In this document: positions 24,818 through 33,808 of the stretch, piece after piece
How the letters are laid out: every line of letters starts with the position of its first letter
Position numbering within the stretch: position 1 is the first letter of the stretch
NCBI GenBank assembly: GCA_964549945.1
Contig: CAZJXD010000001.1
Coordinates: 84,346-148,345, forward strand
Length of the DNA: 64,000 nt
Direction of reading: 5' to 3'
Origin: an uncultured Desulfobacteraceae bacterium
Lineage (GTDB): Bacteria > Desulfobacterota > DSM-4660 > Desulfatiglandales > B25-G16
Position numbers and translations under genes: made by a program
The notes under the pieces: generated by a model
The model's input: only the letters and a program-made list of their open reading frames with translations
Database searches by the model: none
Told to the model about the DNA's origin: nothing

Positions 24818-24872
24818 TTGACATAAAAACAGGGGCCCAATATAGTTCCGAGTAATTTGTATACTGTATACA
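24818..24872 (+). promoter_or_regulatory. Sigma70-type promoter TTGACA-17-TATAGT plus palindromic operator tgtatactgtataca
   Basis: The -35 element is at 24818-24823, the spacer is exactly 17 nt, and the -10 is at 24841-24846. The 15-bp perfect palindrome at 24858-24872 lies just downstream of the -10. The ATG of the OYE-type reductase is at 24904 with an AAGGAGG RBS. Confidence 0.55.
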
Positions 24873-24903
24873 TAATATCGACTTACAAAAGGAGGCCAGA
24901 GAG

Positions 24904-26886
24904 ATGGGTACACTACTGTTTGAATGGGATTATTCATCGTATCCTGGGGCAGGGAAATACCCTCATCTTTTCAAGCCGATCCAGCTAGGCAATCTCACTA
25001 TCCCAAACCGGATAAAGTACGCTGCTACCGAGGAGAACCTGAACGGGAGAGACGGTTTCGTAACCGACGCGGGCGTTGCCTACCTCAGGGAGAGGGCCAA
25101 AGGTGTGGTGGGCGGGATATGCACCATGCAAGGTGTCTATATGGATAAGGGCAGGCAAGGCCAGGGGTATGTCGGTCAAGCCGCTGCCTGGGATGATAAA
25201 TTCATCCCTGGTTTGAAGCGGCTCGCAGATGTCATCCATGAGGCCAGAGCGGTGGCGGGCTGCCAGCTAATGCACTGCGGCCGCGTTGGAGCCGTTGAGA
25301 CGGAATACTGTCAGGGCCCATCACCAGTTCCCCAGCGATTGAGGATCTTCCGGCCGGTAAAGGAAATGAGCAAGGAGGATATAAAGCAGTGCCTTAAGGA
25401 GCACGTGGAGGCAACGGAACGCCTGTTAAAGGCGGGTTTTGACATCGTTGAGATTTCGGGTATCGTGGGCTACTTGCTCTCCAATTTCGTATCCAGCTAT
25501 ACCAATAGGCGGACCGATGAGTACGGGGGGGATATACGTGGAAGGATGAGGTTCGTCGTGGAATGCATCCGGGAGGTGAAAAAGGTATGCGGCGATGTGC
25601 CCGTGGGCATCAGGCTCTGTGCCGAGGAGCTCTTAGATGATGTGGGCGGAAACACGCCTGAGGAATCCATGATCACCTATGAGATGGCAGAGGAGGCGGG
25701 AGCGGATTATATGAGCGTGACCGCAGGCTGGCAGGAGTCGATCTATCCGGTGATCAGCAGGGATATTCCCCAGGGGACCTGGCTCCATCTCGCTAAACGC
25801 GCCAAACAGCACCTCACGATACCCGTCGCAATGGCGTATCGACTCTTTGACCCGGCGATTCCTCATAAGGCCATTGAGCAGGGAAAGCTGGATATATGGG
25901 AGATGTGCCGTCCCATGATCGCCGATCCACTGATGCCGAAGAAGGTCTTGGAAGGAAATGAGGAGGAAATAAGGCCCTGTGTTGCCTGCAATCTCTGCCT
26001 CGCAAGGCTGTTCAGGGATGCGCCCATGACCTGCTACATCAATCCCATCTGTGCCCATGAGTGGGATCCGAAATACGAGATCAAACCAGCGGAGATGACG
26101 AAGAACATCATGATTGTCGGCGCTGGTCCTGCGGGCCTGGAGTGCGCCTGGGTAGCCGCTGAGAGAGGCCACGAGGTGCATGTGTATGACAAGAGGGAGG
26201 AGCTGGGCGGCTCCATTATCGATGCCTCCAAGGCCCCCTATGGTGACGACGAACTGTACGGGCAGATACGATTCACCAAGGCCATGTGTGAGAAGAACGG
26301 GGTAGAGTTCCACTTGGGCACCGAGGTGACCCCCGAGGTGATCGAGGAGGAGATGCCAGACTCGGTAGTTCTGGCCACAGGGCCGAGGTACGTCAAGGGA
26401 ACAGCCCCGGGTTTTGACCGGGAAAACGTCGTCTCTGTTTTGGATGTGCTCAACGGGAAGGCTGAGGTAGGAGAAAAGGCTGTCGTTTGGGGAAATCTCA
26501 AGCCTGGGATCGGGGTAGCCCTCTACCTGGCCAAACAGGGCAAGAAGGTGACCATCGTGGGCAAAGATCGCAAGCTCGGCAAGGATATCAATCCTTCCTT
26601 TAAGTGGCGGTACGCGAGATACCTAATAGATAACAGGGTCAAGATTTACAATGACTGCGATATCGAAGAAATCACCAATGACGGTGTTATCGTGAAAACC
26701 TATGACGGCTATCGGATCCCGATCGAGGCCGACACCGTAATAACCTCCGAGAGGGAGGCGAATCCCGGGCTGAAGGATGTAGTCCAGGAAAACGGTATTG
26801 AGCTTTTTGTCATTGGAGATGCACTGGTACCCCGGAATCTCTCGAGTGCTGTTCATGATGGCTACCGGATAGGTCTCCGAATCTAA
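24904..26886 (+). CDS. Old-yellow-enzyme-family FMN/[4Fe-4S]/FAD oxidoreductase (2,4-dienoyl-CoA reductase-like enoyl-/aryl-CoA reductase)
   Basis: The ORF is 660 aa. The N-terminal TIM-barrel OYE region contains LFKPIQLGNLTIPNRIKYAATE and QLMHCGR. The cluster motif is RPCVACNLCLARLFRDAPMTCYINPIC (CxxCxxC-x11-C). The C-terminal region has the dinucleotide fold IMIVGAGPAGLECAWVAAERGHEVHVYD. Confidence 0.85.
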   Translation: MGTLLFEWDYSSYPGAGKYPHLFKPIQLGNLTIPNRIKYAATEENLNGRDGFVTDAGVAYLRERAKGVVGGICTMQGVYMDKGRQGQGYVGQAAAWDDKFIPGLKRLADVIHEARAVAGCQLMHCGRVGAVETEYCQGPSPVPQRLRIFRPVKEMSKEDIKQCLKEHVEATERLLKAGFDIVEISGIVGYLLSNFVSSYTNRRTDEYGGDIRGRMRFVVECIREVKKVCGDVPVGIRLCAEELLDDVGGNTPEESMITYEMAEEAGADYMSVTAGWQESIYPVISRDIPQGTWLHLAKRAKQHLTIPVAMAYRLFDPAIPHKAIEQGKLDIWEMCRPMIADPLMPKKVLEGNEEEIRPCVACNLCLARLFRDAPMTCYINPICAHEWDPKYEIKPAEMTKNIMIVGAGPAGLECAWVAAERGHEVHVYDKREELGGSIIDASKAPYGDDELYGQIRFTKAMCEKNGVEFHLGTEVTPEVIEEEMPDSVVLATGPRYVKGTAPGFDRENVVSVLDVLNGKAEVGEKAVVWGNLKPGIGVALYLAKQGKKVTIVGKDRKLGKDINPSFKWRYARYLIDNRVKIYNDCDIEEITNDGVIVKTYDGYRIPIEADTVITSEREANPGLKDVVQENGIELFVIGDALVPRNLSSAVHDGYRIGLRI

Positions 26887-26900
26887 GAAGGAGGTGAGCG

Positions 26901-27422
26901 ATGCCAGTTGATCCACAAAGAGAATTGACAAGATTGCATGATGCCTTAGGTATTTCACAAGCTGTCATTAAAAGTACCTTTTTCGAGTGGCGCCAAACGG
27001 CCCTTGATTTACTCGGGCCCGGTTCTGACCCACTGAACGTCGTCCTCAAGTTTTGGGAAACAGCCGGTATAGACGTTGCCAAGGGTTTCTTTCCCATGCT
27101 GGACCTGCGCAAGGGTGAGGAGGGCGTCATTCTTGATCTGGGTAGGGCCTTGGCCGGCACGGGAATTGCTAATGGGGCCGTGGTTACTGTTGAAAAAGGC
27201 GAGGCTCCCTTTGAAGCTCTCATCAGATGGCACAGATGTCCCTGGCCAACCTTTGCCAGACGCTACGGTGTCTCTATGAAGGAGGATCTCTTGGGCTGCG
27301 ACAGATTTCTTCAGACAATTGTTGCCGAGGCAAACGCCCTCCTGGGTACCGACTTTAAGATAGAGACGCAGAAGGCCATCCCAAGCGGCGATGGCCTGTG
27401 TCTCCGGAGACTATTCAAGTAA
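26901..27422 (+). CDS. Hypothetical small Cys-containing protein
   Basis: The ORF is 173 aa with a good RBS (GAAGGAGG). The pattern RCPWP...GCDRF...GLCLRRLF reminds me of the small L-2-amino-thiazoline-4-carboxylate-hydrolase-like family. That is an unverified recollection. Confidence 0.6.
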   Translation: MPVDPQRELTRLHDALGISQAVIKSTFFEWRQTALDLLGPGSDPLNVVLKFWETAGIDVAKGFFPMLDLRKGEEGVILDLGRALAGTGIANGAVVTVEKGEAPFEALIRWHRCPWPTFARRYGVSMKEDLLGCDRFLQTIVAEANALLGTDFKIETQKAIPSGDGLCLRRLFK

Positions 27423-27444
27423 GTAAATGACAGGAGGATGAAAC

Positions 27445-27651
27445 ATGGCAGCACAAGTCGACATGAACAAATGCACCATGTGCGGGGGGACAAAAGAACC
27501 TATCTGTGTTGAGATGTGTCCAGACCAGGCTATCAGGGTGCAAGACGATAGAATCGTGGTCACGGAGTTCCTGTGCGAAGACTGCAACGAGTGCGGCTTC
27601 AGATGCCCGGATCACGCTATTTCCCTTCCCCTTGAGCTGGTAACCTTTTAA
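27445..27651 (+). CDS. Small ferredoxin-like protein with two non-canonical Cys clusters
   Basis: The ORF is 68 aa with an AGGAGG RBS. The Cys clusters are CTMCGGTKEPICVEMCP and CEDCNECGFRCP. Confidence 0.8.
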   Translation: MAAQVDMNKCTMCGGTKEPICVEMCPDQAIRVQDDRIVVTEFLCEDCNECGFRCPDHAISLPLELVTF

Positions 27652-27672
27652 TAAGGAAAATAAATTAACCTT

Positions 27673-27879
27673 AACCGCAGACCTACGCGGACCTTTTTCT
27701 CTGCCGACATTGGCAGAGAAAAAGTTGTCGGCTTTTTTTCTTCAAACCGAAATGTTTTATTTCAGGCCTTGGTTACTCGCAATCAACTACTTGGCATTCA
27801 CCTTTTCTAATATAGAGAATCGATTATATCTTTTAGCCGAGCATGTCGCTCGGCTAAAAGTCTGCGTGGGTCTGCGGTT
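27673..27879 (+). repeat. 207-bp structured intergenic element: 20-bp closing inverted repeat plus two 13-bp perfect hairpins
   Basis: The arm aaccgcagacctacgcggac (27673-27692) pairs with gtctgcgtgggtctgcggtt (27860-27879). Both mismatches are G-U compatible only on the plus-strand transcript. Hairpin H1 is 27693-27705/27712-27724. Hairpin H2 is 27830-27842/27848-27860. Confidence 0.6.
27703..27739 (+). terminator. Possible intrinsic terminator overlapping hairpin H1 (alternative structures)
   Basis: The stem is gccgaca (27703-27709) / tgtcggc (27726-27732). It is followed by seven T (27733-27739). Its left arm shares three nt with the stronger 13-bp hairpin H1. Confidence 0.35.
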
Positions 27880-27900
27880 TATTACAAAAAGGAGAAGGAG

Positions 27901-28320
27901 ATGAAGGTAAACAAGATCGATCACATCTGTATTGCCGTAAAGGATCTGGATGAGGCTCGAAAGATCTGGGAGCCCATTCTCGGCAAGCCGGAACCAGATG
28001 ATCCCTACGTGGACGAGCCGGAGAAGATCAGGGTCGCTCGATACTGGCTGGGGGATGTAGGCTTTGAGTTAATGGAGTCCACCTCCCCGGACGGTGAGGT
28101 CGCCAAGTTTATCGAGCGGCATGGCGAGGGCATCATGCTTATGAGTTTCAATGTGGATAACACAAGGGAGGCCATGGAGGAGCTGAAGGCAAAAGGCTAT
28201 TCCTTTATTGGGGGCGCCAGGCCTTTCAGGGATTGTGAATTTGCCTTCATTCACCCAAAGGCCGTAAACGGCGTGTTGCTGGAGTTAATCGATTATAAGT
28301 GGGATGAATTGAAGAAGTAG
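27901..28320 (+). CDS. Methylmalonyl-CoA epimerase-like VOC/glyoxalase-fold protein
   Basis: The ORF is 139 aa with an AGGAGAAGGAG RBS. It contains IDHICIAVKDLDEARKIW, HGEGIMLMSF and FIHPKAVNGVLLELI, which fit the epimerase subfamily pattern. Confidence 0.75.
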   Translation: MKVNKIDHICIAVKDLDEARKIWEPILGKPEPDDPYVDEPEKIRVARYWLGDVGFELMESTSPDGEVAKFIERHGEGIMLMSFNVDNTREAMEELKAKGYSFIGGARPFRDCEFAFIHPKAVNGVLLELIDYKWDELKK

Positions 28321-28374
28321 GTTGCGTGTTACTCATTCAACCTTACTCGTCTGAACCGGTTTTAAATGAAAAGA

Positions 28375-30174
28375 TCAATTGGCCCCATTTATTTCATAGA
28401 TTTTCATCATCTTTTTTTCTAGCCCCTCCTGCGCCAAGCGTATCTCTAAATCACACTGAAGGCACCGCTTTGCCTCTCGCTTTGCCCGCTCTTCATCGAA
28501 ACCGAGCTCAACCTCCCCAAGCCCCTCATGTCTCTCCTCAAGGGGCATGGTGGGCATGTTCTCCCTCTTGAGATCCGCAAATCCTTCCTCCCTCCTCCCC
28601 GTGTACGGCTGGGGGGAGATTCTATCTATTGCCAATTGCCCATTGCCCATCCCCGATTCAGAGATATCGCCATCCCCGCCCAAGAAGATATCAATGGAAC
28701 ACGCGGCCCTCCTTCCTGCGGCGATAGCATCGATAATGGTGCCGGGGGCCTTGGCCACATCACCGCCCACAAACACACCGGGCATCCCCGTTTCGAGGGT
28801 TTCGTCATCAAATATGATACACTCATTCTCAACCATTACCTCCCCATTGGCGCCGATACATGAGAGATCGGGGGCTTGACCTATTGCGAGGATCACCTGC
28901 TCGGTTCTCACCGTTTCCCGTATGTTCGCAAAATCTGGGCAGAACTTACCCTCCTCATCGAACACCGAGGTGCACCGCACGAGCTCTACGCCGGTGATAG
29001 TTCCGCTCTCCTCCAGTATCCTGCTCGGCCCCCATGAGGGCATGATCACAACGCCCTCCTCTATGGCCTGCTCGATTTCCCACTGGTTAGCCGGCATCTC
29101 CTCCCTGCATTCCAGGCAGGCCATTGTTACCTCCTTGGCACCGAGCCGTAAGGCGGTGAGCGCCACATCGATAGCCACATTGCCTCCCCCGACCACGAGC
29201 ACGTGATCCTTGAGGGCAACACCCTTTCCCTCGTTCACCTCGCGCAGGAAGTCAAGGCCCCACAGCACGTCATGGTGATTTCCCCCAGCGAGATCTATCC
29301 TCTTGCTGAGGTTTGCGCCAACTGCGATGAACACCGCTTCGTAGCCATCAGCCCTGAGGCTATCCAGGTCGAAATCCCTTCCCAGTTTTTGATTCGCCTT
29401 GAGCTCGATGCCGAGCTCGAGGATTCCCTTTATCTCCTCCTCCACCACGTTCTTGGGCAGGCGAAAATCGGGGATACCGAATCGCATCATCCCCCCTGGC
29501 TCGGGCATCTCCTCGAACACGGTGATGCGATGCCCCTTCTTCCGCAAGTAGAAGGCAGCGGTCAGGCCCGCAGGACCGGCACCGATAATCGCGACCTTGT
29601 GGCCGGTATCGGGGGCAAGCCTTGTGGCGCCCTCTGCCATCTCCGTCGCGTTATCAGCTGCGTAGCGCTTAAGCGCGCATATGGCAATGGGCTCATTGAC
29701 CTCCCCTCGCCTGCATGCATCCTCACAGGGATGGGTGCAGACACGACCCAGGATACCCGGAAAGGGCACCTTTTCTCGAATCAAGGCGTGCGCCTCATCG
29801 ATCTTCCCCTCTGCGATGAGCCTCAGGTATCCCGGTATATCGATTCCCGCGGGGCAGGCCTCAATACAGGGGGGAGCAGAGGGAATGAACTCCTTCGGGG
29901 CGAGGGCACGTAAAGGCCGCATGATATCGAGGATGGCGATGCCGTTTGGGCATACCTCCTCACACCTGCCACAGGTGGTGCAGGACCACGGATAGGGGGA
30001 GGCGGCGATCTCGTGGCTCAGGTCGAGCTCCACATGCCTCAGCACTCTTCTGATATTAAAGCCATTCACTCCGGTGAGGGGGCACGCGGAGCTACAGAGC
30101 CCGCATTGCTCGCAGGCACGAAACATGCTCACTTCATCGACGAACTTCTCGGCCAATCCTGTTCTAGTACCCAT
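28375..30174 (-). CDS. Fusion of HdrC-like di-[4Fe-4S] domain with NfnB/GltD-like FAD/NAD(P)H oxidoreductase
   Basis: The ORF is 599 aa. The N-terminal region has CEQCGLCSSACP ... CTTCGRCEEVCP. It then has CIEACPAGIDIPGYL...VCTHPCEDACRRG and VAIIGAGPAGLTAAFYLRKKGHRITVFE...GGMMRFGIPDFRLPK, typical of the glutamate synthase small-subunit family. Confidence 0.8.
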   Translation of the reverse strand: MGTRTGLAEKFVDEVSMFRACEQCGLCSSACPLTGVNGFNIRRVLRHVELDLSHEIAASPYPWSCTTCGRCEEVCPNGIAILDIMRPLRALAPKEFIPSAPPCIEACPAGIDIPGYLRLIAEGKIDEAHALIREKVPFPGILGRVCTHPCEDACRRGEVNEPIAICALKRYAADNATEMAEGATRLAPDTGHKVAIIGAGPAGLTAAFYLRKKGHRITVFEEMPEPGGMMRFGIPDFRLPKNVVEEEIKGILELGIELKANQKLGRDFDLDSLRADGYEAVFIAVGANLSKRIDLAGGNHHDVLWGLDFLREVNEGKGVALKDHVLVVGGGNVAIDVALTALRLGAKEVTMACLECREEMPANQWEIEQAIEEGVVIMPSWGPSRILEESGTITGVELVRCTSVFDEEGKFCPDFANIRETVRTEQVILAIGQAPDLSCIGANGEVMVENECIIFDDETLETGMPGVFVGGDVAKAPGTIIDAIAAGRRAACSIDIFLGGDGDISESGMGNGQLAIDRISPQPYTGRREEGFADLKRENMPTMPLEERHEGLGEVELGFDEERAKREAKRCLQCDLEIRLAQEGLEKKMMKIYEINGAN

Positions 30175-30195
30175 AAATCCTTATTTTTGATTTTT

Positions 30196-30256
30196 GATTT
30201 GCGATTTTCGATTGGTGAACTTGCTTTTTGCTGATCATCTCTCACAATCGCAAATC
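30196..30256 (-). other. Intercistronic hairpin (11-bp perfect inverted repeat) between the two Hdr-like genes
   Basis: The arms are gatttgcgatt (30196-30206) and aatcgcaaatc (30246-30256). The right arm touches the TAG stop (30256-30258) of the upstream gene. Confidence 0.5.
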
Positions 30257-32319
30257 TAAAATTTTTCAAGTCCCAGGTGTTTCACCATTTCCCTCATGGT
30301 ATTCGCGAACTTCGGGCCATCTGCGGCCGAACACCAGATATTCCAGAGCTTATCGGGATCATACCCCTTTCTCGCCAATCTCTTCTTCGCCTTCTTGATC
30401 CTCTGCTCGGCCGCGTAGTTGCCCTTGATATAGTGGCATGTGGGAAACTCACAGCCCGCCACAAGCACGCCCGCCGCACCCAGCTCAAAGGCCCTCTCTA
30501 TAAAGTCAACGGACACCCTTGCCGAGCACATCACCCGTATGAGCCGCGCGTTGGAAGGGTACTGAAGCCTGCTCACGCCTGCCATGTCCACTCCTCCCAG
30601 GGCACACCAGTGACACACAAACCCGATGATTTTCTCCTCAGCCCTCTCCTCCAGGGCAGCCTCCACCTGGGCGAGGATCTGCTCGTCTGAATAATGGATA
30701 ATGGTGACGGCGTTCTTGGGACAATCCGCTGCGCAGAGACCGCAGCCCTTGCACAGGGCCTTGATTACCTGTGGTTTCTCATCCACCCACTGGATTGCAC
30801 CATAGGGGCAATTTTTTTCGCACAACCCGCAGCCACTACAGAGATCCAGATCGATATCCGCCACGATTCCCTCAGCCTCAAGGAACCCCCTTTTCATGGG
30901 AATCGAGGCCCTCATGGCTGCTCCCGCACCCTCTTCCATAGACTCCTTCAGGCTCTTTGGAGATCGCGCGCATCCACACAGGGAGATGCCGTCGGAGGGA
31001 AAATCCAAAGGGCCGAGTTTTATGTGGGCCTCCTGGAAGAACCCATCGGGATTTGTAGAGACCTTGAGAAGGCCCTTGATCTCATCAACGGTATCATTGC
31101 CCTTGAAGCCTGTGGTGAGCACGATCAGGTCGGCAGGAATGCCGAGTTCCTTGCCGAGCAGCAGATCGTGCACGTGCACCGAGAGATTGCCGTCCTCCAC
31201 TCTCACCTCGGGGTACCGGTCATCGGGGAAACGTATGAATCGGGCTCCCGCCTTTTTCGCCGCCTCTAGATCCGACCCCTCCTCCCTCACCATGCTGAGA
31301 TCCCTGTAAAGGATATGCACGCGGAGAGCATCGTTGCGAGCCTTAAGGGTCAGCGCGTTTTTGACAGATATGTGGCATCCTATTGCACAACAACCGCGGG
31401 ATTCGTTTTTCGAGTTGACACAGTTGATGATCACCACGTCTCCTATATCACCGACCTCATCTCGTTTCAGCATCCCCTCAAATTCAAGCTGGGTAATCAC
31501 CCGAGGATCGTGGCCGTATTCGAATTGTCCAGCTGGTTCGATCTCCTTCATCCCGGTGGCCACAATGATGGTTGAGACATCGAGCTCCTCCCTTGACCCA
31601 TTTGCCCTTACTGTGACCTTATAGTTGCCAATGTATCCCTCGACGGCCTCTATCACGCCGTTTGTATATACCTTGATGTTTGGGTGAGACTCAACAAGGG
31701 CAACCGTGGAGTTCACGATCTCATCGGCCACTACTGTTCCATGATCGTGAGAGATGGCTGCAATACGGTTGAGAAGGCCGCCCAGCTTGGATTCCCTCTC
31801 CACGAGTATTGCGTGAAACCCCTGATCAGCTATGTGTAGTGCGGCGTTCATCCCGGCTATGCCACCCCCTAATATCAGGCAGTCCGTTTTCACGGGGAGC
31901 CGTATCTCCTGACCCTCCTCGAGAAGCGCGGCCTTGGCAACGCCCATCTTTACGAGATCCTTGGCCTTATCCGTTGCCTTTTTGGGGTCGTCTCGGTGAA
32001 CCCAGGAAGACTGTTCCCTGATGCTCACGAACTCAAGCAAGTAGGGATTCAACCCCGCCTCCTTGACTGTCCTCCTGAAAAGCGGCTCATGGGTCCTTGG
32101 CGTACACGATGCGATGACGACCCTGTTGAGGCTATGCTCTTTGATAAGCTCCTTCATCGTGGCGAGATAGTCCACCGAGCACGACCATTTTCCCTCATCG
32201 GCAAGGACCACGTGTTTTAGTCCCCTGGCATACTCGACGACCTCGGGCACATTCACGATACCCGCGATGTTCGAACCACAATCACAGATAAAGGCGCCTA
32301 TCCTGATTTCCTCGCTCAT
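30256..32319 (-). CDS. HdrA-like flavoprotein fused to MvhD-like C-terminal domain (QmoB-like architecture)
   Basis: The ORF is 687 aa. It contains ILGGGIAGMNAALHIADQG (FAD), ferredoxin motifs CSGCGLCEKNCP and CKGCGLCAADCP, and a C-terminal IIGFVCHWCALGGVDMAG...RVMCSARV (MvhD/FlpD-like). Confidence 0.85.
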   Translation of the reverse strand: MSEEIRIGAFICDCGSNIAGIVNVPEVVEYARGLKHVVLADEGKWSCSVDYLATMKELIKEHSLNRVVIASCTPRTHEPLFRRTVKEAGLNPYLLEFVSIREQSSWVHRDDPKKATDKAKDLVKMGVAKAALLEEGQEIRLPVKTDCLILGGGIAGMNAALHIADQGFHAILVERESKLGGLLNRIAAISHDHGTVVADEIVNSTVALVESHPNIKVYTNGVIEAVEGYIGNYKVTVRANGSREELDVSTIIVATGMKEIEPAGQFEYGHDPRVITQLEFEGMLKRDEVGDIGDVVIINCVNSKNESRGCCAIGCHISVKNALTLKARNDALRVHILYRDLSMVREEGSDLEAAKKAGARFIRFPDDRYPEVRVEDGNLSVHVHDLLLGKELGIPADLIVLTTGFKGNDTVDEIKGLLKVSTNPDGFFQEAHIKLGPLDFPSDGISLCGCARSPKSLKESMEEGAGAAMRASIPMKRGFLEAEGIVADIDLDLCSGCGLCEKNCPYGAIQWVDEKPQVIKALCKGCGLCAADCPKNAVTIIHYSDEQILAQVEAALEERAEEKIIGFVCHWCALGGVDMAGVSRLQYPSNARLIRVMCSARVSVDFIERAFELGAAGVLVAGCEFPTCHYIKGNYAAEQRIKKAKKRLARKGYDPDKLWNIWCSAADGPKFANTMREMVKHLGLEKF

Positions 32320-32323
32320 CCGA

Positions 32324-33679
32324 CTAACCTTTTGTGTTTCTCGATACCGCTTTCATGGCAGCCGCGCCCGCCTGGACGACCGATTCGGAGATATCGATTG
32401 GACCGGTGGCACCACCGCACACGTATATTCCCTCCACGTTGGTTTCAAGCGGTGCCATCACCGGTTCCCGCTCCTTGAAGAACCCCAGATCATCAAGCTC
32501 TATTTTCAGTACCTTTGCCAATCTCTTGTTTCGCTCGCTCGGGATAAGCCCGGTGGAAAGGACCAGGAGTTCCACCTGCTGCTGCTCGATTTCACCCGTA
32601 TCCAGGTTCTCGTACCTCACGGTCAAATTCCTGGTCTCAGGATCCTCGAACACATCGTAGGGCCTGGCCTTTACATACCTGACGCCGCTTTCCCTGGCCT
32701 TCTGATAAAATCCCCAAAAACCCTTCCCATATGCCTTGAGGTCGTTATAGAATACCGTGGTCTCAGCGGTTGCATCGTGCTCCTTGTTGATAATGGTCTG
32801 CTTTGTGGCCACCATACAGCATACCTTCGAGCAGTACGGCAAGCCCTTGGTCAAACCCCTACCTGCGCATTGAATCCAGGCGATCTTTTTCGCGTGTTTC
32901 CCATCGGAGGGCCTGATAATCTCGCCCGCTGTTGGGCCTCCGGCATTCATCAACCTCTCAAACTGGGTGTTCGTGATCACGTTGTCATAGATATTGTAGC
33001 CGTAGAGCCCTGTGTCCGGCTCCGCAGATCGTATGCCCGTGGCCACGATAATCCCATCAACCTCGATGTCCATAGGCCTGTCAGCCTGCCAGAGGACCAC
33101 CGCATCCTTTCCCTCCTCTTTGCATGCCTTCACGCACAGCGCAATGGGGCACTCCCTGCACTGGCTACAGTCCACCACGCATCCCCCAACGCAGGCCCCC
33201 TGCTCGCGCATCTTTCCATAGCGGCACCGGGGATCGATGACCGATACATTTGGCACGGCCTGCGGAAAGGGCATGTATATCAGCTTCCTCATGCCGCCAA
33301 TCTTTCCATCCAGTTCATCGGGAACAATCACCGGGCAGGCCTCAACGCATTTTCCGCAGCCGGTACACTTCTGCTCATCGATATATCTGCCCTTTTTGAT
33401 CAACCTCGCGGTGAAGGTGCCATTGTGTTCGTTGACCCTTCTCACCTCTGTGTTGGTGAGTATTTCTATGTTGGGATGATTATCCACCTCATACATCAGG
33501 GGAGATTCTATGCATATGGAGCAGTCGTTAGTGGGAAAGGTCTTATCCAGCCTCGCCATCATCCCGCCTATGCTGGCCGTATCATCGACGAGGTACACCT
33601 TGCAGCCATAGTCGGCTGCGTTCAGGGCCGCATTGATGCCGGCAATGCCGCCGCCTATTATCAAGATCGCCTCGGACAT
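32324..33679 (-). CDS. HdrA-like FAD/FeS flavoprotein (QmoA-like)
   Basis: The ORF is 451 aa. It contains ILIIGGGIAGINAALNAADYG, CTGCGKCVEACP and IQCAGRGLTKGLPYCSKVCCMVATK, the HdrA signature arrangement. Confidence 0.85.
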   Translation of the reverse strand: MSEAILIIGGGIAGINAALNAADYGCKVYLVDDTASIGGMMARLDKTFPTNDCSICIESPLMYEVDNHPNIEILTNTEVRRVNEHNGTFTARLIKKGRYIDEQKCTGCGKCVEACPVIVPDELDGKIGGMRKLIYMPFPQAVPNVSVIDPRCRYGKMREQGACVGGCVVDCSQCRECPIALCVKACKEEGKDAVVLWQADRPMDIEVDGIIVATGIRSAEPDTGLYGYNIYDNVITNTQFERLMNAGGPTAGEIIRPSDGKHAKKIAWIQCAGRGLTKGLPYCSKVCCMVATKQTIINKEHDATAETTVFYNDLKAYGKGFWGFYQKARESGVRYVKARPYDVFEDPETRNLTVRYENLDTGEIEQQQVELLVLSTGLIPSERNKRLAKVLKIELDDLGFFKEREPVMAPLETNVEGIYVCGGATGPIDISESVVQAGAAAMKAVSRNTKG

Positions 33680-33808
33680 AGTTTTTGTTTATGGAGTTTA
33701 TGGAGTTTGTTGTGTTTCTTGGGTTCTTTTTCTATATTTAAGTCAGGTTGATCGGTTTACCGTTCATGGTTCCCGGTTCCCGAATTGCATAGCGAAGCGA
33801 GCTTGCGA

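Noticed and set aside
27710-27904. 64-aa ORF in the ferredoxin-epimerase spacer
   Set aside because: It starts with a non-ATG codon and runs through the hairpins and the closing inverted repeat of the structured element. It ends by overlapping the epimerase RBS and start. There is no coding signal.
30256-33679. Selenocysteine (in-frame TGA) recoding in the HdrA/MvhD-like genes
   Set aside because: Both ORFs are uninterrupted and end in TAG. The positions where Sec occurs in some homologs appear to be Cys here. I noticed no SECIS-like hairpin after an in-frame TGA.
32267-33751. 494-aa plus-strand ORF, among the longest ORFs in the track
   Set aside because: It lies entirely antisense to the HdrA-like gene 32324..33679, which has clear FAD and FeS motifs. 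The antisense translation is Arg/Gly/His/Pro-rich with no recognisable domain. This is a typical shadow ORF in GC-rich coding DNA.
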